This document shows, piece after piece, positions 9,738 through 19,801 of a DNA stretch of 64,000 nucleotides. Source of the stretch: an uncultured delta proteobacterium (GTDB lineage Bacteria; Desulfobacterota; Desulfomonilia; UBA1062). The position numbers and the translations under genes are program-made. The stretch lies in NCBI GenBank assembly GCA_963798485.1, contig CAWCTR010000017.1, positions 224,001-288,000 on the forward strand, written 5' to 3'. The notes below the pieces were generated by a model. It was not told where the DNA came from. It was given only the letters and a program-made list of their open reading frames with translations, and made no database searches. Position 1 is the first letter of the stretch, and the number at the start of each line of letters is the position of its first letter.

Positions 9738-10229
9738 ATGGACATAGATGACAAGACGGGTGGCGGACTTGAACAGAACGATATTGACAAACTTATGGGC
9801 ACAGGCGGGGAAGAAAAGAAAGACAAGGATCTCGATCAGGACAAGCTTGCCGAGGATTGGGCCGCGGCCCTTGAATCAGGCGCCGAGATAGAGGAGGGAA
9901 AGCCCTTTGATAAGGGCGCCAAGAAGGTCAACTTTACTGAACTCGAAGAGGGAAGACATGCCGGATCTGCAAAGGAGTTCGACTTTATCCTCGACATACC
10001 GTTAGAGGTTACCGTGGAGATGGGAAAGACCAGGATGCTCATCAACGATCTCCTGCAAATCGGCCAGGGCTCGGTTATAGAGCTGAACAGGATGGCCGGG
10101 GAACCTCTGGACATCCTGATAAACAACAAGCTCATCGCCCGGGGCGAAGTGGTCGTGGTAAACGAAAAGTTCGGCATAAGGATCACGGACATCGTGAGCC
10201 CCTTAGAGCGAGTGAAGAGGCTTGCATGA
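9738..10229 (+). CDS. fliN: Flagellar motor switch protein FliN
   Basis: ILDIPLEVTVEMG...ARGEVVVVNEKFGIRI; RBS GGAGG before ATG9738. Confidence 0.95.
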   Translation: MDIDDKTGGGLEQNDIDKLMGTGGEEKKDKDLDQDKLAEDWAAALESGAEIEEGKPFDKGAKKVNFTELEEGRHAGSAKEFDFILDIPLEVTVEMGKTRMLINDLLQIGQGSVIELNRMAGEPLDILINNKLIARGEVVVVNEKFGIRITDIVSPLERVKRLA

Positions 10230-10603
10230 ACCTTGTGAACGTTGCATTTACGGTGGTCTTCTTCCTGTTCTCACTGCCTCTTCATGCCGCTGAATCCGGA
10301 ATGGCCTCCACAGGATTGAGGGCTGTTTTATCGCTCATGCTGGTCATTGCATTGATGTTTACCCTTGCATGGGCCATAAAACGCTATGGGCCCATGGCAA
10401 AGGCGAAAAAGTCCTTCGGATTGGACATACTTGGCCAGGTTAACCTTGGTGCACGGGTGAATCTCGCACTCATCAGGGTGGGCAAGTCGATCCTGTTGAT
10501 CGGTGTCACTGCCAATGCGATAAGCCTGCTCAAGGACATGGATGAAGGCGAATTTGAGAAGTCTTTATCCCAGGCAACAGGGCAGACGGGGGCACGCCAA
10601 TGA
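10226..10603 (+). CDS. fliO: Flagellar biogenesis protein FliO
   Basis: Position between fliN and fliP; TM helix followed by LIRVGKSILLIGVT. Confidence 0.85.
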   Translation: MNLVNVAFTVVFFLFSLPLHAAESGMASTGLRAVLSLMLVIALMFTLAWAIKRYGPMAKAKKSFGLDILGQVNLGARVNLALIRVGKSILLIGVTANAISLLKDMDEGEFEKSLSQATGQTGARQ

Positions 10604-11358
10604 AACTAAAGCGCATTACCTTGTTTGCACTTTTAGCCATTGTCTTTCTCCCTGCATTTCTCTATGCCGCCGAAGGAGTGACAATTCCGAGCCTGAACCT
10701 CGGGGTGAAGCAGGCCTCTAATCCTGAAGAGGTGGTTGGCGCCATACAGATCCTTTTTATCCTTACTATCCTGGCGCTGGCCCCTTCCATTATGATCATG
10801 GTGACGGCATTCACCCGGGTCGTTGTGGTGCTGGGATTTCTCAGACAGGCCCTGGGCACCCAGCAGATGCCGCCCATGCAGGTTCTAACAGCGCTCGCCA
10901 TTTTTTTGACGTTTTTTATTATGTCCCCGACCTTGGACAAGGTCAATGATCTGGCCCTTGTCCCCTATAAGAATGGAAACATCACCTTTTCCCAGGCAAT
11001 GACGAATGCAGAGGGACCGATACGCGAATTCATGTTCAAACAGACAAGGCAAAACGACCTGTCGCTCTTCATGGGTCTTATCACGAAAGATAAGCCCAAA
11101 AACAAGGAAGATGTTCCCACCAGGGCGTTGATCCCGGCATTCATGATAAGCGAACTCAAGACCTCCTTCCAGATCGGGTTCATACTGTTCATACCCTTCG
11201 TTATTATCGATATGGTGGTCTCCTCCATCCTATTGTCCATGGGCATGATGATGCTGCCGCCTGTCATGATTTCGCTGCCGTTCAAGATCATGCTGTTTGT
11301 GCTTGTAGATGGATGGAACCTGCTCGTAGGGTCTCTGATAAGGGGGTTTGTCGGATGA
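10600..11358 (+). CDS. fliP: Flagellar export gate protein FliP
   Basis: RQALGTQQMPP, PAFMISELK and LPFKIMLFVLVDGW motifs. Confidence 0.97.
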   Translation: MKLKRITLFALLAIVFLPAFLYAAEGVTIPSLNLGVKQASNPEEVVGAIQILFILTILALAPSIMIMVTAFTRVVVVLGFLRQALGTQQMPPMQVLTALAIFLTFFIMSPTLDKVNDLALVPYKNGNITFSQAMTNAEGPIREFMFKQTRQNDLSLFMGLITKDKPKNKEDVPTRALIPAFMISELKTSFQIGFILFIPFVIIDMVVSSILLSMGMMMLPPVMISLPFKIMLFVLVDGWNLLVGSLIRGFVG

Positions 11359-11624
11359 CGCCCGAAACCGTAACAACCATTATGGCCGAGGCAATCAAGA
11401 TAACGCTCCTCGTGTCGGCGCCCATGCTCATCATAGGCCTTTTGGTGGGTCTTGCCATCAGTGTCTTCTCTGCGGTCACCCAGATCCAGGAGATGACGCT
11501 CACCTTTGTGCCCAAGATCGTTGCCGTATTCATGATGCTCCTCATTACACTGCCCTGGATCATTGAGAAGCTTACGACATACACCATCAATCTTTTTAAC
11601 TCTATCCCAACGCTTGGAAGATGA
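11355..11624 (+). CDS. fliQ: Flagellar export gate protein FliQ
   Basis: AVTQIQEMTLTFVPKI motif. Confidence 0.95.
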   Translation: MTPETVTTIMAEAIKITLLVSAPMLIIGLLVGLAISVFSAVTQIQEMTLTFVPKIVAVFMMLLITLPWIIEKLTTYTINLFNSIPTLGR

Positions 11625-12403
11625 ACGAACTCTTCAAACTCGCCCGAAGCGACTTTCTATCCCTGTTCTTCATCTTTATCCGTATCGGGACCATCTTTGC
11701 CATTGTCCCTTTTTTCAATACCGATATAGTCCCCAGGCGGGTTACAGCCACTATCGCTTTTTTTTTAAGCCTTGTTCTCATGCCTATTGTACCGCCGGTA
11801 CAGGTGAAACCGGAACAACTGAACATCCTGATGTTCGGCAGTATCGTGTTGCAACAGGTACTCATCGGGGTGGCCCTGGGCCTGGCCATTGATGTGATCT
11901 ATGCAGGCATCCAGACTGCAGGCGAGCTCATCGGTTTCCAGATGGGCTTCTCCATTGCGAATGTCGTGGACCCCATAAACGGGGTTACCTCGCCCATCAT
12001 TGCGAATATCCTGTATATCACCGCTTTCCTGCTGTTTTTTACCTTGGGCGGTCATCATATACTTATCAAGGGTATGGTGGAAAGCTTCCGCATGATTCCC
12101 ATAGGTGAGGCTATGGTCCACCGGGAATTCCTGATGGCAGTGATTACCTATGCGGGACAGATGTTTGTCATCGGGATCAAGGTGTCGGCACCCGTGGTAG
12201 GTATACTCCTGCTCATCAACATCGCCCTTGCCGTGATTACCAGGGCACTGCCCCAGATGAACGTATTTATGACGGCATTCCCGCTCACCATCGGTGTCGG
12301 GCTTGTATTCACCACCCTTATCATCAAGATGATGCCCGTGTTCATGACAGGTTCCCTGGAAAGGGCCTGGGTGTTCATGAAATCGGCCATGGCGCTGTTC
12401 TAG
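11621..12403 (+). CDS. fliR: Flagellar export gate protein FliR
   Basis: AGELIGFQMGFSIANVVDP and RALPQMNVF motifs. Confidence 0.95.
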   Translation: MNELFKLARSDFLSLFFIFIRIGTIFAIVPFFNTDIVPRRVTATIAFFLSLVLMPIVPPVQVKPEQLNILMFGSIVLQQVLIGVALGLAIDVIYAGIQTAGELIGFQMGFSIANVVDPINGVTSPIIANILYITAFLLFFTLGGHHILIKGMVESFRMIPIGEAMVHREFLMAVITYAGQMFVIGIKVSAPVVGILLLINIALAVITRALPQMNVFMTAFPLTIGVGLVFTTLIIKMMPVFMTGSLERAWVFMKSAMALF

Positions 12404-12489
12404 TGTAGTGCACCATAAACACCGCACCCTTGCGAACCAGAAGAGACTCCTTCTTGATTTTCCTCACCCCACGTATTATCGGTGAGGGT

Positions 12490-12855
12490 ATGGAAACTAT
12501 TGAATTCAGCAATGGGGTTGTGGTGGAGGTCCTCGACAAATCCTCTGTCCTTTCGGGCGACCTATACATGGTCCATCTGGAGTTTACTGCGGTTGTGGAA
12601 CTGAGCGAACAGGATGCCGAGCTCCGGCATTATTGCCCCAGCGGCAAGCTGAAGATGACCAGGGTGATTAAAAAATCTGCGGTCCATGAGCGGGACCTTC
12701 AAGGGGTGAGGACGGGATTGAAGGAGTCCTTCCTGAACACCAACAGGCCTTACATGGAGCACCCGAAGTTTATCAGCCGGTTCAAACACACCTGCCTCGC
12801 AACGTACCGGGATCAGGAAGAAAAGGCAGGGAAGGCCTCCATCCATGAAGAATGA
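12490..12855 (+). CDS. Hypothetical protein overlapping the mutS start
   Basis: RBS GAGGG before ATG12490; 121 aa; overlaps mutS by 11 nt. Confidence 0.65.
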   Translation: METIEFSNGVVVEVLDKSSVLSGDLYMVHLEFTAVVELSEQDAELRHYCPSGKLKMTRVIKKSAVHERDLQGVRTGLKESFLNTNRPYMEHPKFISRFKHTCLATYRDQEEKAGKASIHEE

Positions 12856-15415
12856 GAACAACCTCACCCCCATGATGCAGCAGTACCTCGACATCAAGGT
12901 GGACTGTAAGGACACTATCCTATTTTACCGCATGGGGGACTTTTATGAGATGTTCTACGATGATGCCCTCATGGCATCCAAGATCCTGGGTCTTGCACTG
13001 ACTACCAGGGACAAGGGCAAGGAGAACCCGGTGCCCATGTGCGGCCTGCCGTATCACAGTGCATCGTCCTACATTTCCCGGCTCATCCGTTTAGGCCACA
13101 AGGTGGCCATCTGCGAGCAGTCTGAGCCTGCACCGGGCGCCAAGGGCCTGGTGCATCGGGAGGTGGTGCGCGTCATAACCCCCGGCTTGATCGTGGAGGA
13201 TGATCATCTGAACAGGGAGGAGGCCAACTACCTCATGGCCGTGAGCACAGGCCAACGGCATGATACATACGGTATCGCCTTCATCGACATATCCACAGGT
13301 GACTTCAGGGCCACTGAGATTACTTCACGCCAGGACTTTGTCTCCGAGGTCTTCCGGGTGGACCCCAGCGAGGTCCTTGCCACCGATACAAGCATTATCC
13401 CGCAAGGATTCCTCGTGACCGCCTTTGATCAGCCTATAACGCCCGAGCGTGCAGGGCAGTCCCTGAGCAGCCATTTCGGAACACTCACCATGGATGGCTT
13501 CGGCCTGAAGGATGCCCCCTTAGCCCTGAGGGCATCCGGTATGGTGCTGGAATATGTGAGGCAGACCCATAAGGCAGTGATGCCCAATATCACTTCACTT
13601 AACCTTTATAACCCGGGCCGCTTCATGATGCTCGGTCCCACTACCAAGCGCAACCTGGAACTGTTTGATGCCATCTCAGGCCTTAAAGAACACACGCTCT
13701 TTGCCCTACTCAACCGTACCGGCACTTCCATGGGCGCGCGTATGCTCGCTGACTGGGTGGCCTTTCCCCTTATGGATGCTGGTGAGATCAACAAAAGACT
13801 TGATGCAGAAGAGGCGCTTGTCTCCCAGGGGCAATCGCTGAACATTATACGCGAGGTGCTCAGCGATATCCCTGACATGGAGCGGATTATCGGCCGTATC
13901 TCAGCCAGTTCTGCGAGCCCCCGGGACATGCGCTCACTCGCCGAGGGGCTTGAACAGGTACCCCGGATCAAAGCCCTGCTGAATGGGTTCGATGAGGCCC
14001 TTCTCATGGAGGTCAGGGGAGGGATAGACCCATTATATGAGCTCAAGGAAAAGATAGCGCATACCCTTGTTGAGACACCACCGCTACGCCTGGTTGACGG
14101 CAATGTGATCGCGGGAGGAGTGGATGCCGAACTGGATGAATTAAGGCTGCTGCGGAAGGACTCAAGGCAGTGGATCGCATCGCTGGAGACCAAGGAGCGG
14201 GAGGCCACGGGCATCAACACGCTCAAGATCGGCTATAATAAGGTCTTCGGCTACTACATCGAGATCACCAAGGCCAATGCCGTAAAGGCCCCTGATTCAT
14301 ATATCCGCAAGCAGACACTCGTGAATGCCGAACGGTACATTACCCCTGAGCTGAAGGAATACGAGGCCAGGCTGCTGGGGGCACAGGAGGCCATTGCCGC
14401 CATTGAGCAGCGTATCTTTAACGAGCTCAGGGAGTTTGTCATCCCCTTCATCCCCTCGCTGCAAGGTACGGTCCGCTCCCTTGCCTGTCTGGATGTGCTG
14501 GGCTGTCTTGCATGGGTCGCCGTGCAGAACGGGTATGTGAGGCCTGTAGTCGGATACGACCGGCGCATTGAGATCTCAGCGGGCAGGCACCCTGTAGTGG
14601 AGAAGGTCCTCAAGTCCGGCGAGTTCGTGCCGAATGAGTGTTCCTTTGACGCCGAGCGCGATACCATCCATGTCATCACCGGGCCCAACATGGCCGGCAA
14701 ATCCACTTACATGCGCCAGGTGGCGCTCATCTGCCTCATGGCCCAGATGGGATCGTTCGTCCCGGCAAAAAAGGCATCCATAGGCCTGGTGGACCGTATC
14801 TTCACCAGGATAGGCGCGCTGGACAACCTGTCTGCCGGGCAGAGCACCTTTTTTGTAGAGATGAGCGAGACCGCCGACATCCTCAACAATGCTACATCGT
14901 TAAGCCTGGTTATTTTAGACGAGATAGGCAGGGGCACCTCCACCTACGACGGAATGTCTCTCGCCTGGGCCGTTGCGGAATACCTGGATGAGCGCCGGGT
15001 AAGGACTTTTTTTGCCACCCATTATCACGAGCTTGCCGACCTGTCTCGCAGGCACAAGGGGATCAAGAACTATCACCTCAGCGTTGAAGAGAGCGGAAGC
15101 GAAGTGGTGTTCCTCAGGGTCCTCAAGAGAGGCTCCGTAGGCAGGAGCTATGGCATTTACGTGGCCAGGCTTGCCGGAATCCCTGATGAGGTAGTGGAAA
15201 AGGCAAAAGTCATCCTTACCGCCATAAGCTCCAAGGCAAAGACACTGCCGGTGGCACACCAGGCAGCACCTGTCCAGGCAAGCCTCTTCGAAGACAAGAA
15301 TACGACTATTATCGATGAGATTTTAAAGATTGACCCCAATACCCTCACCCCCCTTCAGGCCCTGAATTTCATCCACCATCTGAGGGAAATGATCACAAAA
15401 AGCGATTACCACTAA
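12845..15415 (+). CDS. mutS: DNA mismatch repair protein MutS
   Basis: TPMMQQY, RMGDFYEMF, TGPNMAGKSTYMRQ and DEIGRGTST motifs. Confidence 0.98.
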   Translation: MKNENNLTPMMQQYLDIKVDCKDTILFYRMGDFYEMFYDDALMASKILGLALTTRDKGKENPVPMCGLPYHSASSYISRLIRLGHKVAICEQSEPAPGAKGLVHREVVRVITPGLIVEDDHLNREEANYLMAVSTGQRHDTYGIAFIDISTGDFRATEITSRQDFVSEVFRVDPSEVLATDTSIIPQGFLVTAFDQPITPERAGQSLSSHFGTLTMDGFGLKDAPLALRASGMVLEYVRQTHKAVMPNITSLNLYNPGRFMMLGPTTKRNLELFDAISGLKEHTLFALLNRTGTSMGARMLADWVAFPLMDAGEINKRLDAEEALVSQGQSLNIIREVLSDIPDMERIIGRISASSASPRDMRSLAEGLEQVPRIKALLNGFDEALLMEVRGGIDPLYELKEKIAHTLVETPPLRLVDGNVIAGGVDAELDELRLLRKDSRQWIASLETKEREATGINTLKIGYNKVFGYYIEITKANAVKAPDSYIRKQTLVNAERYITPELKEYEARLLGAQEAIAAIEQRIFNELREFVIPFIPSLQGTVRSLACLDVLGCLAWVAVQNGYVRPVVGYDRRIEISAGRHPVVEKVLKSGEFVPNECSFDAERDTIHVITGPNMAGKSTYMRQVALICLMAQMGSFVPAKKASIGLVDRIFTRIGALDNLSAGQSTFFVEMSETADILNNATSLSLVILDEIGRGTSTYDGMSLAWAVAEYLDERRVRTFFATHYHELADLSRRHKGIKNYHLSVEESGSEVVFLRVLKRGSVGRSYGIYVARLAGIPDEVVEKAKVILTAISSKAKTLPVAHQAAPVQASLFEDKNTTIIDEILKIDPNTLTPLQALNFIHHLREMITKSDYH

Positions 15416-15463
15416 AGCTTCTTTGGGTTTTTTCCGAATAACTTTATAGAGGAAGAGGCCCAT

Positions 15464-16693
15464 ATGATGAAAGATTCCGATATCAGGATATTGGCACACA
15501 AGAGTGGCATGCCGTATATTGACGTTTCCCGTGAGGCCCCCGATCCCAGATGCTTAAAGATTTTAAAACACGTATTTGCAAGGGAGTATACCAGCCTGCC
15601 CATACGTTTTCTTGGAGACGGCGTGCTGGTTGCCATTGCAGACCCTGAGTACAAGGACCTGATCAGTACGTTAAGCACGCACATGGGCAGGAAGGTCTAC
15701 CCGGCGCTTGCGGATGTAGAGGCCATCAAGAAGGCCATAGAAATATATTATCCGGGCGGAAGAGACATGGAGGAAGCCCAAGGTAAGAATGTCGAAGGTA
15801 AGGATGCCATTCGAACGAGCCGGACAATATCCATCATCTCCAATAAGGGAGGGGTAGGGAAGACCCATATTGCCATGAATATGGCGAAGGTCCTGGGCGG
15901 TTTCAAAAAAAAGGTGCTGCTCATCGATGCCGACCTCGGTAATGCCGATATATCGAACAAGCTGGCACTTTTCCCCGAATATACCCTTTATGACTTTCTT
16001 TTGGGTGATGTGGACCTGGAAAACATGATCGAAAAGACCTCTCTGGGGTTTGACCTTATCGCAGGGAGCTCCGGCGAGTTCAAACTAGCGAATATCAATT
16101 ATATCCAGCGATCCAAGTTCATCAGGAACTTCAGAAGGATCAGTGAAAATTATGATATCACCATCTTCGACTTAAGCGCCGGTATCACTAACACGGTACT
16201 CGATTTTGCCCTGGCCTCAGACGAGATACTCATCATCACGACCCCGCAGGACATTATTGCAGGTTATGCGTGCATCAAGGCCTCGTTTCAGCAGTTTAAG
16301 GCCATAGAAGAGAAGCTGATGGATAAGGTCGAGTTTTATAAGCCGCGCAGGGTCTACACACCATGGGTGGTAATGAATCAGGTTACAAACCTCAATCAGG
16401 GGATATTCATCTTCAACAGGATATGTCAGACCGCAGATGAGAGGATCAACAACATGGAGACCCTCTTTTCAGTCAAGCCCGAGTATCTTGGCGGGGTCCT
16501 CTTTGACAAGGATACCATCCGCGCCGCAGAGGCCCAGAGAAAACCGTTCACGATTGTGAACCCCAAGTGCAAGACCTCCCAGTGCCTGGAATACCTCGGC
16601 AGGGTAGTCATAGATCCGCCCGAACTGAGAAGCTACAACCAGGAGCTCAAGAGCGGGTTAGGCCGTTTTGCCATGATATTCGGCATGAGCTGA
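15464..16693 (+). CDS. FlhG/MinD-family ATPase with N-terminal GspE/PilB N-terminal-like domain
   Basis: Deviant Walker A KGGVGKT and LIDADLG. The N-terminal ~95 aa (GMPYIDV...LPIRF..VLVAIADP...AIKKAIEIYY) resemble T2SSE_N. Confidence 0.8.
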   Translation: MMKDSDIRILAHKSGMPYIDVSREAPDPRCLKILKHVFAREYTSLPIRFLGDGVLVAIADPEYKDLISTLSTHMGRKVYPALADVEAIKKAIEIYYPGGRDMEEAQGKNVEGKDAIRTSRTISIISNKGGVGKTHIAMNMAKVLGGFKKKVLLIDADLGNADISNKLALFPEYTLYDFLLGDVDLENMIEKTSLGFDLIAGSSGEFKLANINYIQRSKFIRNFRRISENYDITIFDLSAGITNTVLDFALASDEILIITTPQDIIAGYACIKASFQQFKAIEEKLMDKVEFYKPRRVYTPWVVMNQVTNLNQGIFIFNRICQTADERINNMETLFSVKPEYLGGVLFDKDTIRAAEAQRKPFTIVNPKCKTSQCLEYLGRVVIDPPELRSYNQELKSGLGRFAMIFGMS

Positions 16694-16758
16694 GATTAGC
16701 CCCTTAAGTGAGCACCATTTTACCCGATAAGTAACAATAGGAAGAAGGGACGCTTCAT

Positions 16759-16947
16759 ATGAGAATGGAAGAGTACAGGGAAGGACTCGTAAACAAGTGG
16801 GAAGAAGTGAGACCCGTAGTGATCTACTTCGCAGGAGAAAGATTCGTGGTGGAATATGATGAGCACCACAATCCGCTCCTTGCCCCGGCAGTTGCCATGG
16901 TGCATTCCTACTTGGGCAACCTGGACCTCACCAAGACGGATAACTGA
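16759..16947 (+). CDS. Small hypothetical protein
   Basis: 62-aa ORF filling an intergenic gap, purine-rich upstream region, protein-like composition. Confidence 0.45.
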   Translation: MRMEEYREGLVNKWEEVRPVVIYFAGERFVVEYDEHHNPLLAPAVAMVHSYLGNLDLTKTDN

Positions 16948-17062
16948 TTTCTTACAAACCGGCCTGGTTCCATGCCAGGCCTTTCGTTTTTCAAATCTTC
17001 TCACAAATTTTCGCAATCCTGGTCTTGATATATTAAATAGTCTCATTTATTCTTAATAATAT

Positions 17063-17752
17063 ATGAAATCCATGACCTCCCACGAAAACAAAAAAGTCCT
17101 TGTCATTGATGACGATGAGGGAGACTGCTACCTGGTAGAGGACATCTTGAGCGAAGACGGCATCAAGGTTGATATAGCCGTAGGCGGCGAGATGGGTATA
17201 AGGCTTCTTTCCGAGAAGGAGTACCCGGTCGTGATCACGGATTTGAGGATGCCCGACATCGACGGGATGGCCATTATCGATTTTATACGCAAGCGCCACA
17301 TGGATACGCTCATCGTGGTCATCACCGGCTATGCCACCATTGACAGTGTCATTGTCGCACTGCGCTCAGGTGCGTACGATTATATCATAAAGCCCTTCAG
17401 CGCCGATCTGCTCAGATTCACGATAAGAAAGGCCTTTGACTATGTCGCCATACGGGACGAACAGGACAGGCTGAAATATTTTGAGATGGTTAACCAGCTT
17501 GCATCTACTACTGCTCATGAGGTCTTCCAGCCGCTTACCGTGCTCATGGGGGAGGCAAGCGCCATTACAAAAGGCCCGGACGGCGTAAAGGCCAAGGAGA
17601 TGGCACAACAGATTCTCACCGAGGCCAGGAAGATCCGTGATATCATCAGGAAGATGGAGAACCTGCATGAATACGTAACCAAGTCATTTCCCGGCGGGCA
17701 TACCATCTTGGATATTGAGAAGGGATCTAATGGATCCAATGGCACAAAATGA
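17063..17752 (+). CDS. Response regulator receiver with C-terminal HisKA-like helices (no ATPase domain)
   Basis: VIDDD, TDLRMPDIDG and KPF motifs, followed by AHEVFQPLTVLMG. Confidence 0.8.
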   Translation: MKSMTSHENKKVLVIDDDEGDCYLVEDILSEDGIKVDIAVGGEMGIRLLSEKEYPVVITDLRMPDIDGMAIIDFIRKRHMDTLIVVITGYATIDSVIVALRSGAYDYIIKPFSADLLRFTIRKAFDYVAIRDEQDRLKYFEMVNQLASTTAHEVFQPLTVLMGEASAITKGPDGVKAKEMAQQILTEARKIRDIIRKMENLHEYVTKSFPGGHTILDIEKGSNGSNGTK

Positions 17753-18873
17753 TCAACCTTGAGATGAAGGTTATCCTAGCTGCATGCACTCTTCCTGATT
17801 CGGGCAATGCATCTGTGGAGTCTGTAGCGGCAAGCGCTGAAGTGGAAACCTTGTCTATTGGCTTCAATGATGAGACTATCAAAGGCTTCTACCTGTTCAT
17901 TGACGTCCGCTCTGGCGAAGAAAAGGCTGCAGATTTTGAGCGGGGTTATCCCGCAGGGCCGGTCATTGTTTTCTTCCAGGGACATGCCCAGAGACCTGAT
18001 GATGCATATGAGTTTACCGGCAAGCTTGCCCGTTTAAGCAGATCCGGCATGGTGATCGTACCCGTATGCGACACCCCATATGGCGCCAAGTCATCTTTCC
18101 ATGGCGACCAGGGCAAAGATGTTATCCTTATGGAGATGGTACGCTTCATACTTGCACGTGAAGGCATAAGCGTAAGAGGGTTCGTGCCGGTCACCAGCAT
18201 GCCTGTGACTGTGAACGGTATGAACATGGCCCCTGAAAATGGCAATAAAGGCACCCGGATCATATCAATCGGGTGGTCCCATGGCGGCATTCTGGCGCGG
18301 CGCTTCGCCCATGCCTATCCCTCATCGGTTTGTTCCCTGGGACAGGTCTGCCCTGCCGGATACGAACACTGGGGCCCTTGGAGCATCACCGGAAGGTTTG
18401 CCCTAGAAAGTGTAAGGATAACCACGAAGATGAGCGGCCATGCCAGGCAGACTTTTGGGGCTGCCTGGGGATTCACCAAGGGATTCACCGGTGATTTTTT
18501 TAGGTCCATCACTGCCGCAGCCGTTACCCTCCATCCAGCCAAGCTCCTGCGTATTTTCAAGGATATCCGCGATTGCAGCAGATATTGCGACAGCACCACC
18601 TTTGCATCATCCCATCTTGAACACATCGCAGTTATCTTCGGCCGTGATGATTCCTGCATGAGTCCCCAGAGGCAGCTTGGCATCAAAGACTCTGACAATG
18701 TCACCGAAGATGATCTGAAACGCTTCAGTCGGACCTTCTATTCCGACATCAAAGTTACTCCCGGCTGCCTCACCTTAAGGGCGCTGCCCGGCACGCACCT
18801 GGCCCCGGTTATTTATAATGAACTGTATTCCAGGACAATCCTTACTGACCTCGGAGAACTGGCCGGGAGGTGA
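17749..18873 (+). CDS. Alpha/beta hydrolase fold protein
   Basis: Nucleophile elbow GWSHGG; candidate Asp (GRDD) and His (GTHL). Confidence 0.7.
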   Translation: MINLEMKVILAACTLPDSGNASVESVAASAEVETLSIGFNDETIKGFYLFIDVRSGEEKAADFERGYPAGPVIVFFQGHAQRPDDAYEFTGKLARLSRSGMVIVPVCDTPYGAKSSFHGDQGKDVILMEMVRFILAREGISVRGFVPVTSMPVTVNGMNMAPENGNKGTRIISIGWSHGGILARRFAHAYPSSVCSLGQVCPAGYEHWGPWSITGRFALESVRITTKMSGHARQTFGAAWGFTKGFTGDFFRSITAAAVTLHPAKLLRIFKDIRDCSRYCDSTTFASSHLEHIAVIFGRDDSCMSPQRQLGIKDSDNVTEDDLKRFSRTFYSDIKVTPGCLTLRALPGTHLAPVIYNELYSRTILTDLGELAGR

Positions 18874-18894
18874 GAGTATTTAAGGGTTTGGATT

Positions 18895-19377
18895 ATGGCG
18901 AGACCGACTAAGATCCTATTACCGCTTGTATCCATTACCGTCATTCTTCTGCTTGGCGTCTACCATGCGCTTGGGGCCGGCGGGACCCACCTCGTAATAC
19001 AAGTCTATGACGGAGACACCATTTTATTGGATGACCACAGGAAGATCCGGCTCATCGGTGTAGACGCCCCCGAGGTTCAATCACCCTATCGTGATGAGGA
19101 GCCTTTTGGACCGGAGAGCAAGGTATATCTCACCTCACTGGTCTTAAATAAAAAGGTAACTCTTACCAGAGGAGACCCGTCAAAGGACAAGTACGGCAGG
19201 ACCCTTGCCTATGTTAACATGGGGGATGTGCTGGTGAACGGCCGTATTATCCGTGATGGATGGGCGCGGGCTTACCGGCAATTCTACCATCCCTGGCGCG
19301 ACCTGTTCATCGTCTATGAACGGGAGGCAAGGTCCAAGGGACTGGGGATGTGGAAGGACCAGAATAAGAGTGATTAA
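18895..19377 (+). CDS. Thermonuclease (SNase-like), exported
   Basis: Signal/TM region, YDGDT, RLIGVDAPE, DKYGRTLAY and GLGMW motifs. Confidence 0.92.
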   Translation: MARPTKILLPLVSITVILLLGVYHALGAGGTHLVIQVYDGDTILLDDHRKIRLIGVDAPEVQSPYRDEEPFGPESKVYLTSLVLNKKVTLTRGDPSKDKYGRTLAYVNMGDVLVNGRIIRDGWARAYRQFYHPWRDLFIVYEREARSKGLGMWKDQNKSD

Positions 19378-19386
19378 CGCATTAAG

Positions 19387-19661
19387 TTACGCATACCGGT
19401 CCCTGAGCTTGCCAGCAACCAAGAGCAGGATTACGCCCAGGGCGATGAGCGCGGCAGACAGGGGACATTTCTGCAGGGCATCCATAACCGTCTGGTTTGC
19501 GACAAGACCCTGCCCCAGTGAGCCGGGCCCCGTATCAATAACGCTCAACACCGAATAGGGAGACCACACCCCATTCTTGAGAAACATGATACCCTGGTAT
19601 AAAATTACACATCCCCCCCCCCAGTAGAGGCTATCCCACCGAAAAAGAATAATTTTTCCAC
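19387..19661 (-). pseudogene. Small membrane protein frameshifted within a G10 tract
   Basis: AGGAGG plus GTG19661 gives MEKLFFFGGIASTGGG, out of frame with CVILYQGIMFLKNG...; the shift falls in the 10-G run at 19613-19622. Confidence 0.55.
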
Positions 19662-19801
19662 AGATCCTCCTTCATGAGTCGGTATACTTGGGCATTCGTA
19701 AAAAATTATGTAGAGTATATCGACAAATGAAATCCTTGCAATATTTTTCCTCTTCAACTATTTTGCCCATCAATATGCCATTGCACATGAAGGAGATCTG
19801 A

